DNA of 64,000 bases from Ylistrum balloti (Eukaryota), in the NCBI RefSeq assembly GCF_031769215.1, contig NW_026781960.1:620001-684000 (forward strand), in the 5' to 3' direction. This document shows, piece by piece, positions 1-12,700 of the stretch. Numbering within the stretch: the first letter of the stretch is position 1; the number at the start of each line of letters is the position of its first letter. The notes under the pieces are model-generated. The model made no database searches and was not told where the DNA came from. It worked only from the letters and a program-made list of their open reading frames with translations. The position numbers and the translations under genes were made by a program.

Positions 1-433
1 CATTTCAAACATTTATATCAAGGCCAATTTGGCATTATGTGAACAAAAATGATTTCAAAAAAGAAAATCAAATCAAATTCATGCATCATTTGACAATATT
101 GCAATTTGTATGCGTTGATCTTAATATTGATAATTTTTTATCCATCTGTTTCAAATAGACTTATTCAATCGAACATGCTATTTCTGGTAAAACTTTGGCT
201 GAAAATATTACTATTTCCTCCTTTTTGGAGACAATATATTATAAAATTATTCAATATTCGTCACATATAGTTATATTATTTATACTATATTTACAATGGT
301 TTTAAATTGTAGATAAAATGACCTTGATAAAGTTTTATTTCAGCATTTTAATAGTCCTTACGTTGTCATTTGATAACATTATTTGACTTACACATTGCTT
401 TAAATATTAAGGTTATAAAGAATGAAAACGCAC

Positions 434-3400
434 CATCGCTATGTACTTGTGTTTGTTTCGGCGGGACTTCAGTTTCTTCGATAGGAGCAGTGGGATAGAT
501 CTTGGGAACGCCCTCTTCTGCTGCTGATGAAGCCTTGTACTCCTCCGAATTAATCTTATAGATAATAGAGGGGAATTCGCCCTGCTTATCGTCCTCTTTC
601 GCTTCAGGTATGGGGGCTTGCACGTCATGAATTGTCTTTGGTTTTTGTTCCTTTGTTTCAGCAGCTGCCTTATTTCTGGTGAAGTATCCACGCAGTAAGT
701 CAAATGCTGTTGATACTATCATCATGGCCACGAAGAAACCACATATACTCCTACAAACAATAATAATTGTTACAACCAACATCACAACAACATTGACAAA
801 GAGAAAGAAACAGTTTTGATCGATACAAATTAACACAGTTTCAGGCAATAACGGATTTGTTTAGATGATAAGAAACAGGTAAAAAACAAAGTTATAACAA
901 TTAATTTTAATGGGTCATTCATAGTCTGAATGTCAACATGCGAGTGTGTTTCTAATATTTTATTTCTGTATAACAATATAACTAAAGCTCTGCGGACACT
1001 TACATCCCAACGATCGCATTGGTGTCGTATGTAGTTTCCAAAAGACTGCAGGTGGTTTGGTATGCATAGATAGGCGAGTCACCGGCCGGTATTGTGGACA
1101 ACACTTATGAAATATAAAACATTCGGTATTTGACGCTTACTTTCCGAAACGCCTGGTCTTATCCTCCTTGTACTTTTTCAGGATTCTCAGGGTAAATCTT
1201 GATTTTTTCCATATTTTCCCCTGGATTTATTACATTTTATTTTGGATTATGATAATGTTGACATGTTGGTATTATCTTTTCATTTATTGTTGTTAGAAAT
1301 AAAATTTGAATACAAACACCATGTTGCCTGATTGCTAATTCATCTGGCATATTTGCCTAAAACATTTATAAAGATCGAATATCACATAGGGAGACAGATC
1401 TATGCTTTGTCATTTAGGCTGTTCCATACCGATTGTATATTGATTTAAACTAAAATACATTATTTATCATCGACAACCATTGGAAATTTAACGAGAACAG
1501 ACATCCTCACAGCGAACCATTATGGTTTCTACGTTAAACACGGTCTATCCATTAAAGCGTTTAAGTCAAATAGTCTTGTTATGAATATAAAGCAAGACAC
1601 GGGCGAAATATTTCCATATAGCCGTGGCAGGGTAACACCTCAGTTTAATCATACAATGTGAGAAGACTCTTGAGAGCAGTGTACATATATGAATCATATG
1701 GTATTAACATAAGACGAAATGGATTTTGGCAAAGGTAAACATATCAATATTATTCTTTGAGGCGACCATTTATTGGTGAAAGGTGATGAATCGTGATGGT
1801 TGGATTAAAAAAACTAACTTAAAAATATAGATAATGGTGATAAATATTTCAGTATTTAAAACGAGTTTGACCTCCTAGGCATAACCGGTACTTCAGTTGT
1901 AAAGGTGTGTTGGAAGTCTAATCGTCAATATATCAGACTATAAGTACATTTTTTAAAAATCATCCTACATTACAGCAATAATTGTCATAATTCATGTTTG
2001 TTTCTGTCACCAACAACCAAATGTTCCCCTTTCTAACATGGTCATGGCGATTGCGATGACGTTGAATTTCCTGAAATTTACCATATTTATTCCTTTCGTT
2101 AAAGGAGCTGAATATACAGCATTAAGTAATTATTTATAGATTCGTGTTTCGATAAATTATGTTTATGATCGAAAATAAAATTTAACATTACCAAACAAAC
2201 AAAATTATACTTGAATTATTGGCATTAATTTATAATTCACTATCAAACAAAAATGGCAATCACCATCATCAGATAGCTCACTGTAGAATTTTCTATATTT
2301 GAATAATTCTCTGTTTATCTTTCTTCGGAAACAACAGATAATTTCTAGAAACTCTTGACTCAATGAAGTAAGGCAACTATAAGCTATGAAGACTTACAAG
2401 CATTGGTCAAAATTAGAATGTCACTTTCTCCACATTTACTTGGTACGCATACACCTTCTTTTAAAACCAGTGGGAAACCCTGTAAAATGAAGAATGATGG
2501 ATTTGAAATGTTAAACTGAATTTTAAACATAGCATACATTTCCATTATCTAAAATTTATCTCATTAAAGTATTTGTAAAATTTTGTCACTTTCAAATATG
2601 AGAATCTAGATGGTTACCCGATCAGTCATTCCACAGTCTCGTTGTTTTTCATATGTAATTCAGACAAATATAATTAAGTTGAATTCTAAACAAAATCACA
2701 TTAAACATTTATTAAGGTAAAACAATTCAGTTTCCCTTCAGTGGCGACAAATTTCAAAATTTTCTGTCTATTGAAAATACATGTTATTGGATTATCTTTA
2801 AAGTCAACATTGAAGACTAAGCTCTCCTAAAAGACAGGTATGATCGTGATTGTCAATATGAGAGAACAACACTAAATTGCCCGTACAGAAGAGAAGAAAT
2901 TTGATATTCTACTTCAAGTAGAGTGACTGAAATATCTCTGGGGATTGTATATGAAAGTGAATGATGGATGGAGCTGTAATTGTAATTATGTATTCCATGT
3001 ATCATTGTTAAATACCTGAATGGAGATAGGTAAGTGGATCATACAGTATCGCGTGGAAAACTCCGAAGGTTGAATGTTTAGGCATTGGTCATACATTCCC
3101 GGGAAATACGCATTTCCTTCAAGAATACCTGCTCGAATCTTCCCCATACTGTCTAACACTGTAAAGGGTAATGTACGTATTGGCTCATTGAGGTTCAACA
3201 TTCATTTAATATGGGATGATACAATGCTAATAGAAAGTTCATAAGTAAGTGGTGATAACACATAAGCCATCTTATATGCTAGAGGTAATAAGGCGGCATA
3301 TCAAATAAACATTTGTAAACTTGCATGCTTTTAGAAGTGAATTAAGGATTGTTGGCTTCTTTCTTAAAGAAATATTATATCAATGTATCAAATCATCTCA

Positions 3401-4330
3401 AGCTGATAAAACCCTCGGTAAAAGTATTGATGCTATAACATAATATCAAAACCAGATTTCAAATGCTCGTTAAACTTGTTCTTCGCCTTTCATTTCATCA
3501 AAAATTAGAAACATTAAAACGTGCAACAAATCTTATTTCAAAAGTATTTATATTTAGTACAACTTACTTTGGATAGCTTCCATTGAACCTTGGGTAAGTG
3601 CAGTCATCATCAGTCCTAGATCCTGAAGACAGAGAGGAGAGACACCCATACCTGTCAGCATAGCCATGGGATCAAAATTCATGGCAGTCAAGTTGGCTTG
3701 TTCAAGAAATGTCTGTAGGTCTCTGGGTCCACTTCCGAGAATTTCGGTTAACATTGCAGTTATCGAAGTCATGTTGATTTGTTGAAGAAATGACTGAAGA
3801 TCTTGGGAACCACTGCCAAGGACTTGGGCTAACATTACCGTAAAATTTTCACCGGCAGTCAATGTCAAATTGTTAAGAACATTTTCAAGTATCGGAAGAG
3901 TTACGTCTGTAAATCCTGCTCCCATACCTGTTATAATGTCTTCGAAGTCAGGTGGTGTTGATGAAGTATCTTCAATAGTGGAGAGAAATTGAAGGAATTT
4001 CAGAACATTGTAAATCATGTCTAAATTCTCATTATCCACTCCAAGAAACGATATATTTTTAGATTGTGCAAGTTCAAGGAATCGAAAAGTGGCATTGAAA
4101 CCAATCCGATCAATAATGTTGGAAGTTGCATTTAGAAGTTTGAACGCAGCCTTTACTTGATTTGTGATGTTCATTCCGGACGAAATGGATGTGGCAAACT
4201 TCATAATTCCGTCTGTGTAGATATCACGTGGAAAATAAGTGTTCGTGTTGTTAACATTACCGAAGTACTGACCATCTATGATGGGTACTGTAATAGCCAG
4301 TAATAAAACAAGCTTCAATAAGCGCGACAT
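434..4330 (-). CDS. nrf-6: NRF-6-like / O-acyltransferase-like protein, paralog A (5' part only; 3' exons lie beyond the left edge)
   Basis: Exons 4330-3568, 3158-3016, 2479-2398, 1103-1004 and 750-434, all GT-AG with consistent phases. Translation: signal peptide MSRLLKLVLLLAITVPIIDG; NRF-domain motifs EAIQ|MLDSMGKIRAGILEGN..GMYDQC and KEGVCVPSKC; then a TM segment SICGFFVAMMIVSTAFD. Exon lengths equal those of paralog B. Confidence 0.9.
1120..1280 (+). repeat. Dispersed repeat family (Penelope-like element UTR-type), copy 1
   Basis: Motif gcttactttccgaaacgcctggtc...tgtactttttcagg...atgttgacatgttggtatt recurs at about 13500-13680(+), 23130-23200(-), 29190-29270(-) and 47745-47900(+). Confidence 0.6.
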
Positions 4331-4388
4331 TGTTGATGTCAGGTGTCGCAATGCTGTATTGGGAACTAATACGCTAGAGGTTGCCGTC

Positions 4389-4426
4389 TTTATATACTAT
4401 CCAGGAGACTGTGTCACATGACGTCA
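4389..4426 (-). promoter_or_regulatory. TATA box plus palindromic CRE (TGACGTCA) upstream of NRF-6 paralog A
   Basis: TATAAA on minus at 4389-4394, about 60 nt upstream of the ATG. Perfect TGACGTCA at 4419-4426. Confidence 0.55.
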
Positions 4427-6164
4427 CCCATATATGTAGACAGCCTTAAAAGGAGTTTTTCTATTTAAGTATTATTGTCGTAATACCTACCGATAAGAAA
4501 ACAGACCTCGATATGATATTTATGTACTCTGATATTGTGTCCATGCCTTTTTTAGATCATATAAACGTTTATGACGAAAGAAAAGTAAAAAAGTAAACTT
4601 GATATCGTTTAATATATCAAACAAAATGACATTTTCGTGTCTACAAGCTAACAATGCTTGGGAGAACACTTCAACAGGTGCAAAAGGCATTGAATAGGAT
4701 AGGACTACAACAAGTGGTGTACGTGAAGTGTCCTGAATCTCTCTCAATAAATTTCAGTATTGTGCAATATTTTGTACTTTTCCCCACCAAGTAGTGTTTC
4801 CAAATATCTTTATTACGCATCAGTAAACATTCTATCATGTCAATAGTATATTTGTTGTATTGGCATAACTTAAGTAATTGATTACCTTTTCAGTTCGTCT
4901 ATTTAGTTTAATATCATATGGATATCAGGTAACAACACGATTAGCAATAACATAAAAAGGGCAGTTGTTTCCTTTTTTGAGTTCTGTAATATCTTAGTCT
5001 ACTGTGTATTGGATATTTAGAAGATATTTCATAGTTTCTTCAGTTACAAACATATACTTCCCAAATGTGTTTAACATTTAAGTATAAAGACACAAACATA
5101 TTAGACACGCGAGTAAAATATATTTGTTATTACTGGAGACACTGGAGAAATAGCAAATGGCGTCGTCAGAGGTAAGGTTTCAATACAGAGAGCGGTGAAC
5201 ATTGTGAAATTTTGTGTGTTTCTGTCGTTCCCGACAATGTGCAGTTGTTGCACAGAGACAGCGATTCGGTTAGGAATGGAAGAGGCTAGGTAAAGGTGAA
5301 TGTGCTGTATTTGGCAGAATAGTTTGAAATTGAGCTGCGCTATTGTATTGTATATATATACATGCACACACATTTACCTGTAAGTGAAATCGAACTCACG
5401 ATCGACATGTTGTCACGCTCTACTGCGGTTCGGCCATTACACACGGTGGATAAACCGTACTGGGCAAATATTGGTAAATCACTACAACTCTATTTCACCA
5501 ATGATGCACTTCGCTGTTTATGCGGCGCAATAAAGAGACTTCCGGCCTGTATATATATTGCATTTTGCTATAACTGAACCTTACTTGTGATAACTTATGA
5601 TTCACATGTGATATACTTACGATCGACGTTTCGTCATGCTCTATCGGGTACATGTTTGGCCGGTCTCTGTTACTCACGGGGAATAACTTGTACTGCCTAA
5701 TAATGGATAAGTACTGTTATACTTAAACAAGGATACATATTTCACCAAGCGTTTGAATTGTATAATACATCTAAAATTAGTACACCGGGGAAGGACACAT
5801 CACAATCGCAGCAGGACGGTCTATCCGACAAAGACGATATGACCGCAACACAAATAGACAAAAATATCTATGCACTCCTTACAAAGCTTGTGTTAAGTTA
5901 AAAAAGTGAATAATCTGTATAAAAGAAAATTGACAATCTTGCTTTTGTGAGGCAATAGGTATACGATATGTCACTGACTAAACGGATCGAAACCCCTATA
6001 GGCACACTTGTAAGGAGAACAAACCCAGGGCACTCGTCGGCCATGAAAAATATCTAGAAGATATATACCAGCTATATCGATACGTAGTGTCGGTGTAAAT
6101 GACATACAAAATATCATGTGTTATAGGCACAGAACCCCTGGTGACAACATGGATGACATAACCG

Positions 6165-8465
6165 TTGTTGAAGATGTCACCAATCAAAGGAGGTAAAGCC
6201 AACGCGTCACTGAACGGTAACGATGACAACTCGCTATTCGGTAGTCAGACAGACATCGTTAGTGATGAAGTCAACCAATACGCTGATATAATGCGGCTCA
6301 TTGTCAGTATGAGAAATGAGATTATGGAAAGTGTGTCATTCTTAACAGTTGAAAGCCGACGGGAAATGAATAGTCTTAAGTGTGCAGTCTCGGAACTGCA
6401 AAGCGATCTTAAGTTCAAGGATAATCAGATAACAGCATTAGAACGAAAGCTGAAGTTGCGCTCGAGAAATGATGTTGTATCATGGGAAGCACCTCTATCC
6501 GGCAGGAGCGATAGCGATAGCGATTTGGCTTTCGTCTGTGGACATTGGTTGATGCCAGAACAGTAAGAATTCTTGCACAGTATCGACAATAGTTTTCACG
6601 CTTACGGCAGATCTGATTCTCGAATAAACGTTGACCCATCGAAACGTAAAGGTCGTGGGTACGGCGGCGTCGCGCTCATTTGGAGGAAATGTTTACAAGC
6701 TACGCCCTTACTTCAGGAGGGAGATGATCGAATATTTGGGCTATGTGTACGTGAATCTGACATAAATATTTATATATTTGGAGTCCTAATGCCGTCATCA
6801 AATTCGTCATTGGTAGCTTATTCTGAAAGCTTAGAACTTCTGTTCTGTATTTATGTTCAATACTCGGAAAATGGTGTTGTCATAATATTAGGTGATTGCA
6901 ATGCTCATTTGTCTAAAGAATTTGGTTAAAAAAAATTATGTTGATTTTAACAATCGTAGAAATCTTCTCGGACAATTTATGAGACGCATAGTAGTGATCA
7001 GTAACCAACCCTGCAAGGAGTCGGTCAAGGTCGCGTGTTGTCATCGTGATGCATTTTGTAATGATATATGACCTTCCATTGCAACTTGATGCTGGACATT
7101 TTGGTCTCCGCATAAGCAACATTCATACCCTGTATATTACTGGCTGATGACTCACTGGTTCTTGCTGCATCAATGCAGTTGCTACAAAATAAACTGGAAA
7201 TCGTTTACAAATATTCTTGTTAGTGGAGACTTACATACAACAAAAGGTCTTTGATGGTAATTTCCGCTAGCCGATCACGTGTAGGATCTCCCTTTCGGAG
7301 GTTAATTCTTGGAAATAAGGAAATACAGTGAACAACAACAAAAACGTATGCAGGTGTAGGATTTACCTCAGATCTCAACTCGACTTCTTCAATTATTGAA
7401 GCGAGTGAAAAGGGGCGGAAATCACTGAACTCATTAGTAGGAATCGGGACCCATCAAAATGGAATGCATCCGTTAATAAATGCAAACATTGTAAAACTTA
7501 TAGTGTTACCAACTATGCTGTATCGCCGCAAATTTGGCAGCCACTCAATTACTTGGTATACAGAATGGAAACACAGTAGTTAATGTTTTGGAACAAGTTA
7601 TGCAACGGTAGCATTTCATAAATATGGAAGGCAATATTCCTTGTACGTCTCTTGGATGCTATATATGGACCTTGCTATAACGTACGAATAGGTTTCATAC
7701 CTGACATATTTCATATTTTCAAACGTTTGGAATAGTTTCTTTTTTGGGAATGATTTCATATTCAACGAGTTCGTACCTCCCAAAGCATGCTAGAGTCGTT
7801 TTCTGAAACGTTTTTGAACGATTTTTACGATCGACAATGACGCAAAGATTCATTCTTATTAGGGAGTAAATCCGGTGTTGCAGCTAAGTAAGCTAAAATC
7901 ATCTGTGGTTGCTTGGGAAATAACTGAAATGGTGAAAATGTCGTTTCTTTATGTGACAGAGACGTTGATATGTCGGTTCTGTGGAAAGAAGTCAGACAAT
8001 ATAATTCTTCATTTCCTTAAACTATGTCCAAAGGTGTAGAAAAGTAGGGATTTGTTGTTTGATCAGGTAGTTTACATTATTGACGTCAATGACTATATCA
8101 TGTTTTCCAACTTTGATGAGCAGGAGCAGTGTAGTTTCTTTTTAGGAGAATACTTAACGCTATTCTAAAATTATCTGATGTATGAAAGTTACGAAATTTA
8201 TCTAATTATGGGGCTGCTGCTCCTCCCCGTCTAGGTTTTGACTTTTCTTTTGATCACCTTAGAATTTTCTTAGTCGCCTCCTAGACTTCCACTTGTAGAC
8301 CCTCATATCATCACTGACAAGTCCTAGAAAGATGATACAGCTGTATGATGTAGCACTACTGACGAATCCTAGAAGGACGATACAGCTGTATGATGTAGCA
8401 CCACTGACGAGTTCTAGAAGGACAAAACAGCTGTATAATGCAGTTTAATTCATTGTTTGACTCTA
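6165..8465 (+). mobile_element. Decayed, internally deleted non-LTR retrotransposon (CR1/L2-like LINE)
   Basis: Coiled-coil ORF1-like piece. APE endonuclease motifs VCGHWL..Q*, GRGYGGVALIWRK and VIILGDCNAH. RT motif LADDSLVLAASMQLLQNKLE..YSC*WRL. C-terminal CRFCG..H...C zinc finger near 7970-8030. Tail of about 44-bp tandem units at 8310-8450. Multiple stops and deletions. Confidence 0.8.
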
Positions 8466-8539
8466 GTGTATCTCAGTTTAAATCATTAAATGGCGCTATT
8501 CACTTGTGTGTCTTTTGCACAATCTTTGTAGGTTTATGT

Positions 8540-8900
8540 GTTCTTATGAATAGACCACTAGGTACACTCGTGTTATATATAGGAGGCTCTATATTCAAGG
8601 TCATTGTCCATGAATCATTACCTGTTTTATCCTACAAGTCTGAAAAACTGTGTCTTATGACGTCTAGCTTCGGTCATTGTCAACAAGGGGGCACTTCTTC
8701 AGGCGTAATGAGATTTGTTCAAATATTTGTTGTTCGAACATCCCACTTTGAAAATTTGTATAGCATACAAGTATGTGTATTGTGTGTAATGTCTATATAT
8801 AACCCGAGCGCATAGATATATATATGCAATAGATACTGAAGGAGTTCTTATTACTGACCCCATCTGCAATATTATGCGTAGCATTTAAATAAACTCTGTG
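8540..8900 (+). repeat. Dispersed ~400-bp repeat, copy 1 (putative non-autonomous DNA element)
   Basis: Collinear and visibly similar to 27440-27800 (accactaggtacac...caagggggcactt...gatactgaaggagttcttattactgaccc). Confidence 0.7.
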
Positions 8901-9742
8901 TCATGTACCTATATAGCCAAATTGTTAATAACCTTGTTAAACTTCTATACATTTAGCATCAACTTTAACAATAAGTAAGGCCAGATTTCTATACTGTTTC
9001 AATGTAGTCTAGTAGGGGATATTAAAGTAATTTTTCCTCTTTTTATTGAAAGGCTAGTTTCAACTTATAACACGAAAACTTAAATATCGACCCTTTGAAA
9101 ATGTTATTTTTCTAAAAGACTTTGAAAACGATCCTCGCTTTACCTTTATTTGTAGCATTTGAATTAAGTATAAAAGTGACAATATGGTTACTATATTCAA
9201 TTTTGAAGGAACAAAACGATATGCTATTCGTTTTTGATAAGGCAAGCGTTAGGATAACAAACCTGTAACTATCCTGTTGCCCAAACATGAGAATGGGAAA
9301 CAGACTCGAATGAGAATCATTTGAAAATGAATATACATCTACGTTATTACACACCGTACAACCTGATGCCCCACCATGAACGACACTTACATACAACAAA
9401 AAATAATACACAAATAAAGAGCATTCGAAATCAAATCACTTATGTCTTTATTGAAATGACTGATGCATTCATAACATTCTACAACATGTTTGATAATAAA
9501 TGAATCAATCATTGTATTTCTTTCCAGATCGATAAACAGATTTTGTTTTTCAAGATCTCTTTATTATTATTTTAATCAATGTGTGAAGAAAGAAACTCAA
9601 CATAAACTTCACGAAATTAAGTTTAGAATGACTAAAGGTAAATAAAGATGTGTATTATTCTGTACTTTCTGATTAATACTGATAAAACATCAATAGCGCG
9701 ATGGGTAATCATGGAGAGTTACAGTCTTCCTTTAACGATCTT

Positions 9743-12700
9743 TCACTTTCTGGTTTTGATATTCTTTTTTTGATCACCTCGTCGGAATATGGCCTTTTCC
9801 AATGCCATCATTGGCGCTTCAAATGCCAGGGAGAGGACAAACGCAACCATATAGGACATCACCATATATCCAAGGAATAGATAAATCTGTGGGGAAACGA
9901 CAAGATTTCATTTGTTACTTAGGAAATATTTTCTATGAAGATTATGGAAAGAAATAACATAGATAAACTTAGTAGGTGATCAAGTGAGATTTATAGTTTA
10001 TTAACGTTTTTGTTTCGATCACAGAAATTTTAAAAAATATACATATCAGACTGAATGTTGATTTAAATACACCAGAAGCTAGAAAAAACTGACATCATCA
10101 GTAAGAAGAATCGTACCTTACATTTAATATTTATTAGCGAAGACACAGAGGGAGGAAGGGGGAAGCTGTAAATCAGTACTTACGAAATTTTTATCTGTCG
10201 CATATAAATGTTGTCTTGCTGATAAAAGATTCATGTAGATGATGATCATGTGACAGAGATAAGCACAATATGTCAACCTTCCTAATGGAATAAATGGCTT
10301 CCATGACAAAATTGTATTCACGAAACCTGTCAGAAATATCAATAATAGATATCAAATATCATGATGTTTCTAATTTTAATATCTTAAGTACAATTCATAA
10401 TTCATAAGGTTATCAAGAACGTTATTTGAAACTTCATATTAAGTTCCATTTAAAATGAAATGTAGAAGCAAGCAAACAAATTTCCAAACGAAATTGGTGT
10501 ACTGAATGTCGAAAAGTGCAATTTGCCAATTTACTGGTTCATAAGTACTGAACAAGTATTTATCTTAGTCCAAATCCATGATCTTTTCCGTATAAAAGTC
10601 TTTAAATATTAGAAAAAAATAAACTTTTTCGTACCTCCGTTTCCAGTAGCACATGCAAATATCACCCAGCTAATGCATGCACCCCACAAGGTCCTTGAAG
10701 TTGAATTGAAAAGGGCAGCAACACCAACATCAATGGGTTTTCCGTTTACCGCGTCATAAATACCGTACACAACCAAACAAGCGACAACTGTAGCTACTAT
10801 CCAAATGAAGAAGTTGACATACTGAAATAAAAGGAAATATTGTTGAGGATTATTTTCATATATGTGAAGTCATACCCCGCGTGACGTTTATAAGAAATAG
10901 TACATAGTTTGATAATAACATACTATAACGACCATTGATAATAAGAGAAAGAAATTCTCTTTCATGTGCTAAAATGCCGATCATGCCTTTTCCTAGAAAA
11001 CAACTGAACAATGTATAGTGGCCCATGATAACAAAGGCTCTGAGTGTGTCTGACGATTGTTCGAAAGACACACAATTGAATAGCATCTGATCCTGATCAT
11101 TATGCATCACAAGTGATTCATGAAATCAAAGGCATATTAAGAACAAACCTTGTTAATTTTCACTTTTAGTCCTTTTTCGAAGAGAAAGTATCCAGTGATC
11201 ATACCGACGATGTAAGGCCCCATGCGACAGTACGGCTTGATGTAGTACATGTTAAAATAATCATTACTGCCTGATCTGAAAATAAATACAAACACTACAG
11301 TAAATTATTCGTAGAACGAAACTTTTGAAAATCCAATTTATCGTCACAACATTATCTTTGTTGTATTTTTTTTGTAAGTTGTGTGGTACAAAGCGCCAGA
11401 TAAGATTAAGGATATTTATTTATTATACTTATACCAATAAATCGTTTATTTTCATGCAATGTTACATTTCAGCACATCATTATTCCAGATATTGTATCTT
11501 ACAAAAACTGTCTGGAAGAAAGTGTCTTCACTATTTGATTGCGTATCACATGTTTGTATTATGTATTACATATTGTGGAGTTATAAACAGGCGTTTATCC
11601 AACACATATATAACAGGTCTATACATCATGCTTTATGTAGTAATTAAAGTTAATATACCTGTATTGAATTTGTGATATTTCTTATTTTCATTTTGTCGAT
11701 AACTTTTTTGAAAATTCAATGTTTCCATGATCCGAACATTTTTGAAATCACAAATATCGCAAAAGAGATAAACTTACTGGTCAGCTACTGTAATAGGTAG
11801 GTTGTTTACTGCGGAGATAACGGCAGTAGTGACCGTCACTCCGAGGAGGAACACAGCACACACAAGGACTCCTTTCTTCCGGAAGCTAAATAAGAAAAAC
11901 ACCGATATATCTATAATTATACATATATATTTTATCATGACAAAAAAGATAGGATCTTAAATGACCTTTCATTTCAAATTTAAACAACAAACAAATTTAA
12001 GATGCCTTTTATCAACTCAGTAAAGTTACATTTTGAGAGATTTTAAAATCAAACGGTGGATAACGAAACGAAATGGAGGAAGTAATTCTGTAGCATGACT
12101 TTCACATCTTGACATGACGTCAAAGTCCCTTTTATGATTTCACTATCGATTTCTGACCGGAGCAACTAGTGAAATAAGCTTCAGTGTAGATTATACTAGT
12201 GACATTTATGCAAAAATATCACATTTGTGGAAAGTATCTATTTTTAATTGATGACATGTGTCATCTCAAATAACCAAACCGTAAAGGATAGATTAATCAC
12301 ATGTCAACGATGAATATTTAAATATTTAGTGCTACCCTTAAACTAAAACTATTTTTGTCCTGTTGCAGACCAGAAGCTATTTTGTAAATGTCTTTCTTTC
12401 TCACTTTTTAAGTTTATATTTTCACAAAAACAAAAACTTCCTTTCTAAACATCTATATAAAGAGACATGAAAAAATTAATATGACTGTTCAGATAAATGG
12501 TAGGCGTCTACCCGCTTCACTCCCAAAACCTCAACCTCATATAATAACACATTTCATTGTTGGTATGTTTGATAATTAATTACATTTACCAATGAATGTG
12601 AATATAGAAACATATACGATATTAACAGAGAGAGTATCATCATACTTACAAGTACAGAGGCACCAGCAGTAGCGGGCTGATAACGTAAAACTGCATGTCA

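Noticed and set aside
366-848. Supplied 160-aa ORF (and 15850-16275) as standalone genes
   Set aside because: They are exon 5 of the NRF-6 genes read through into the flanking introns.
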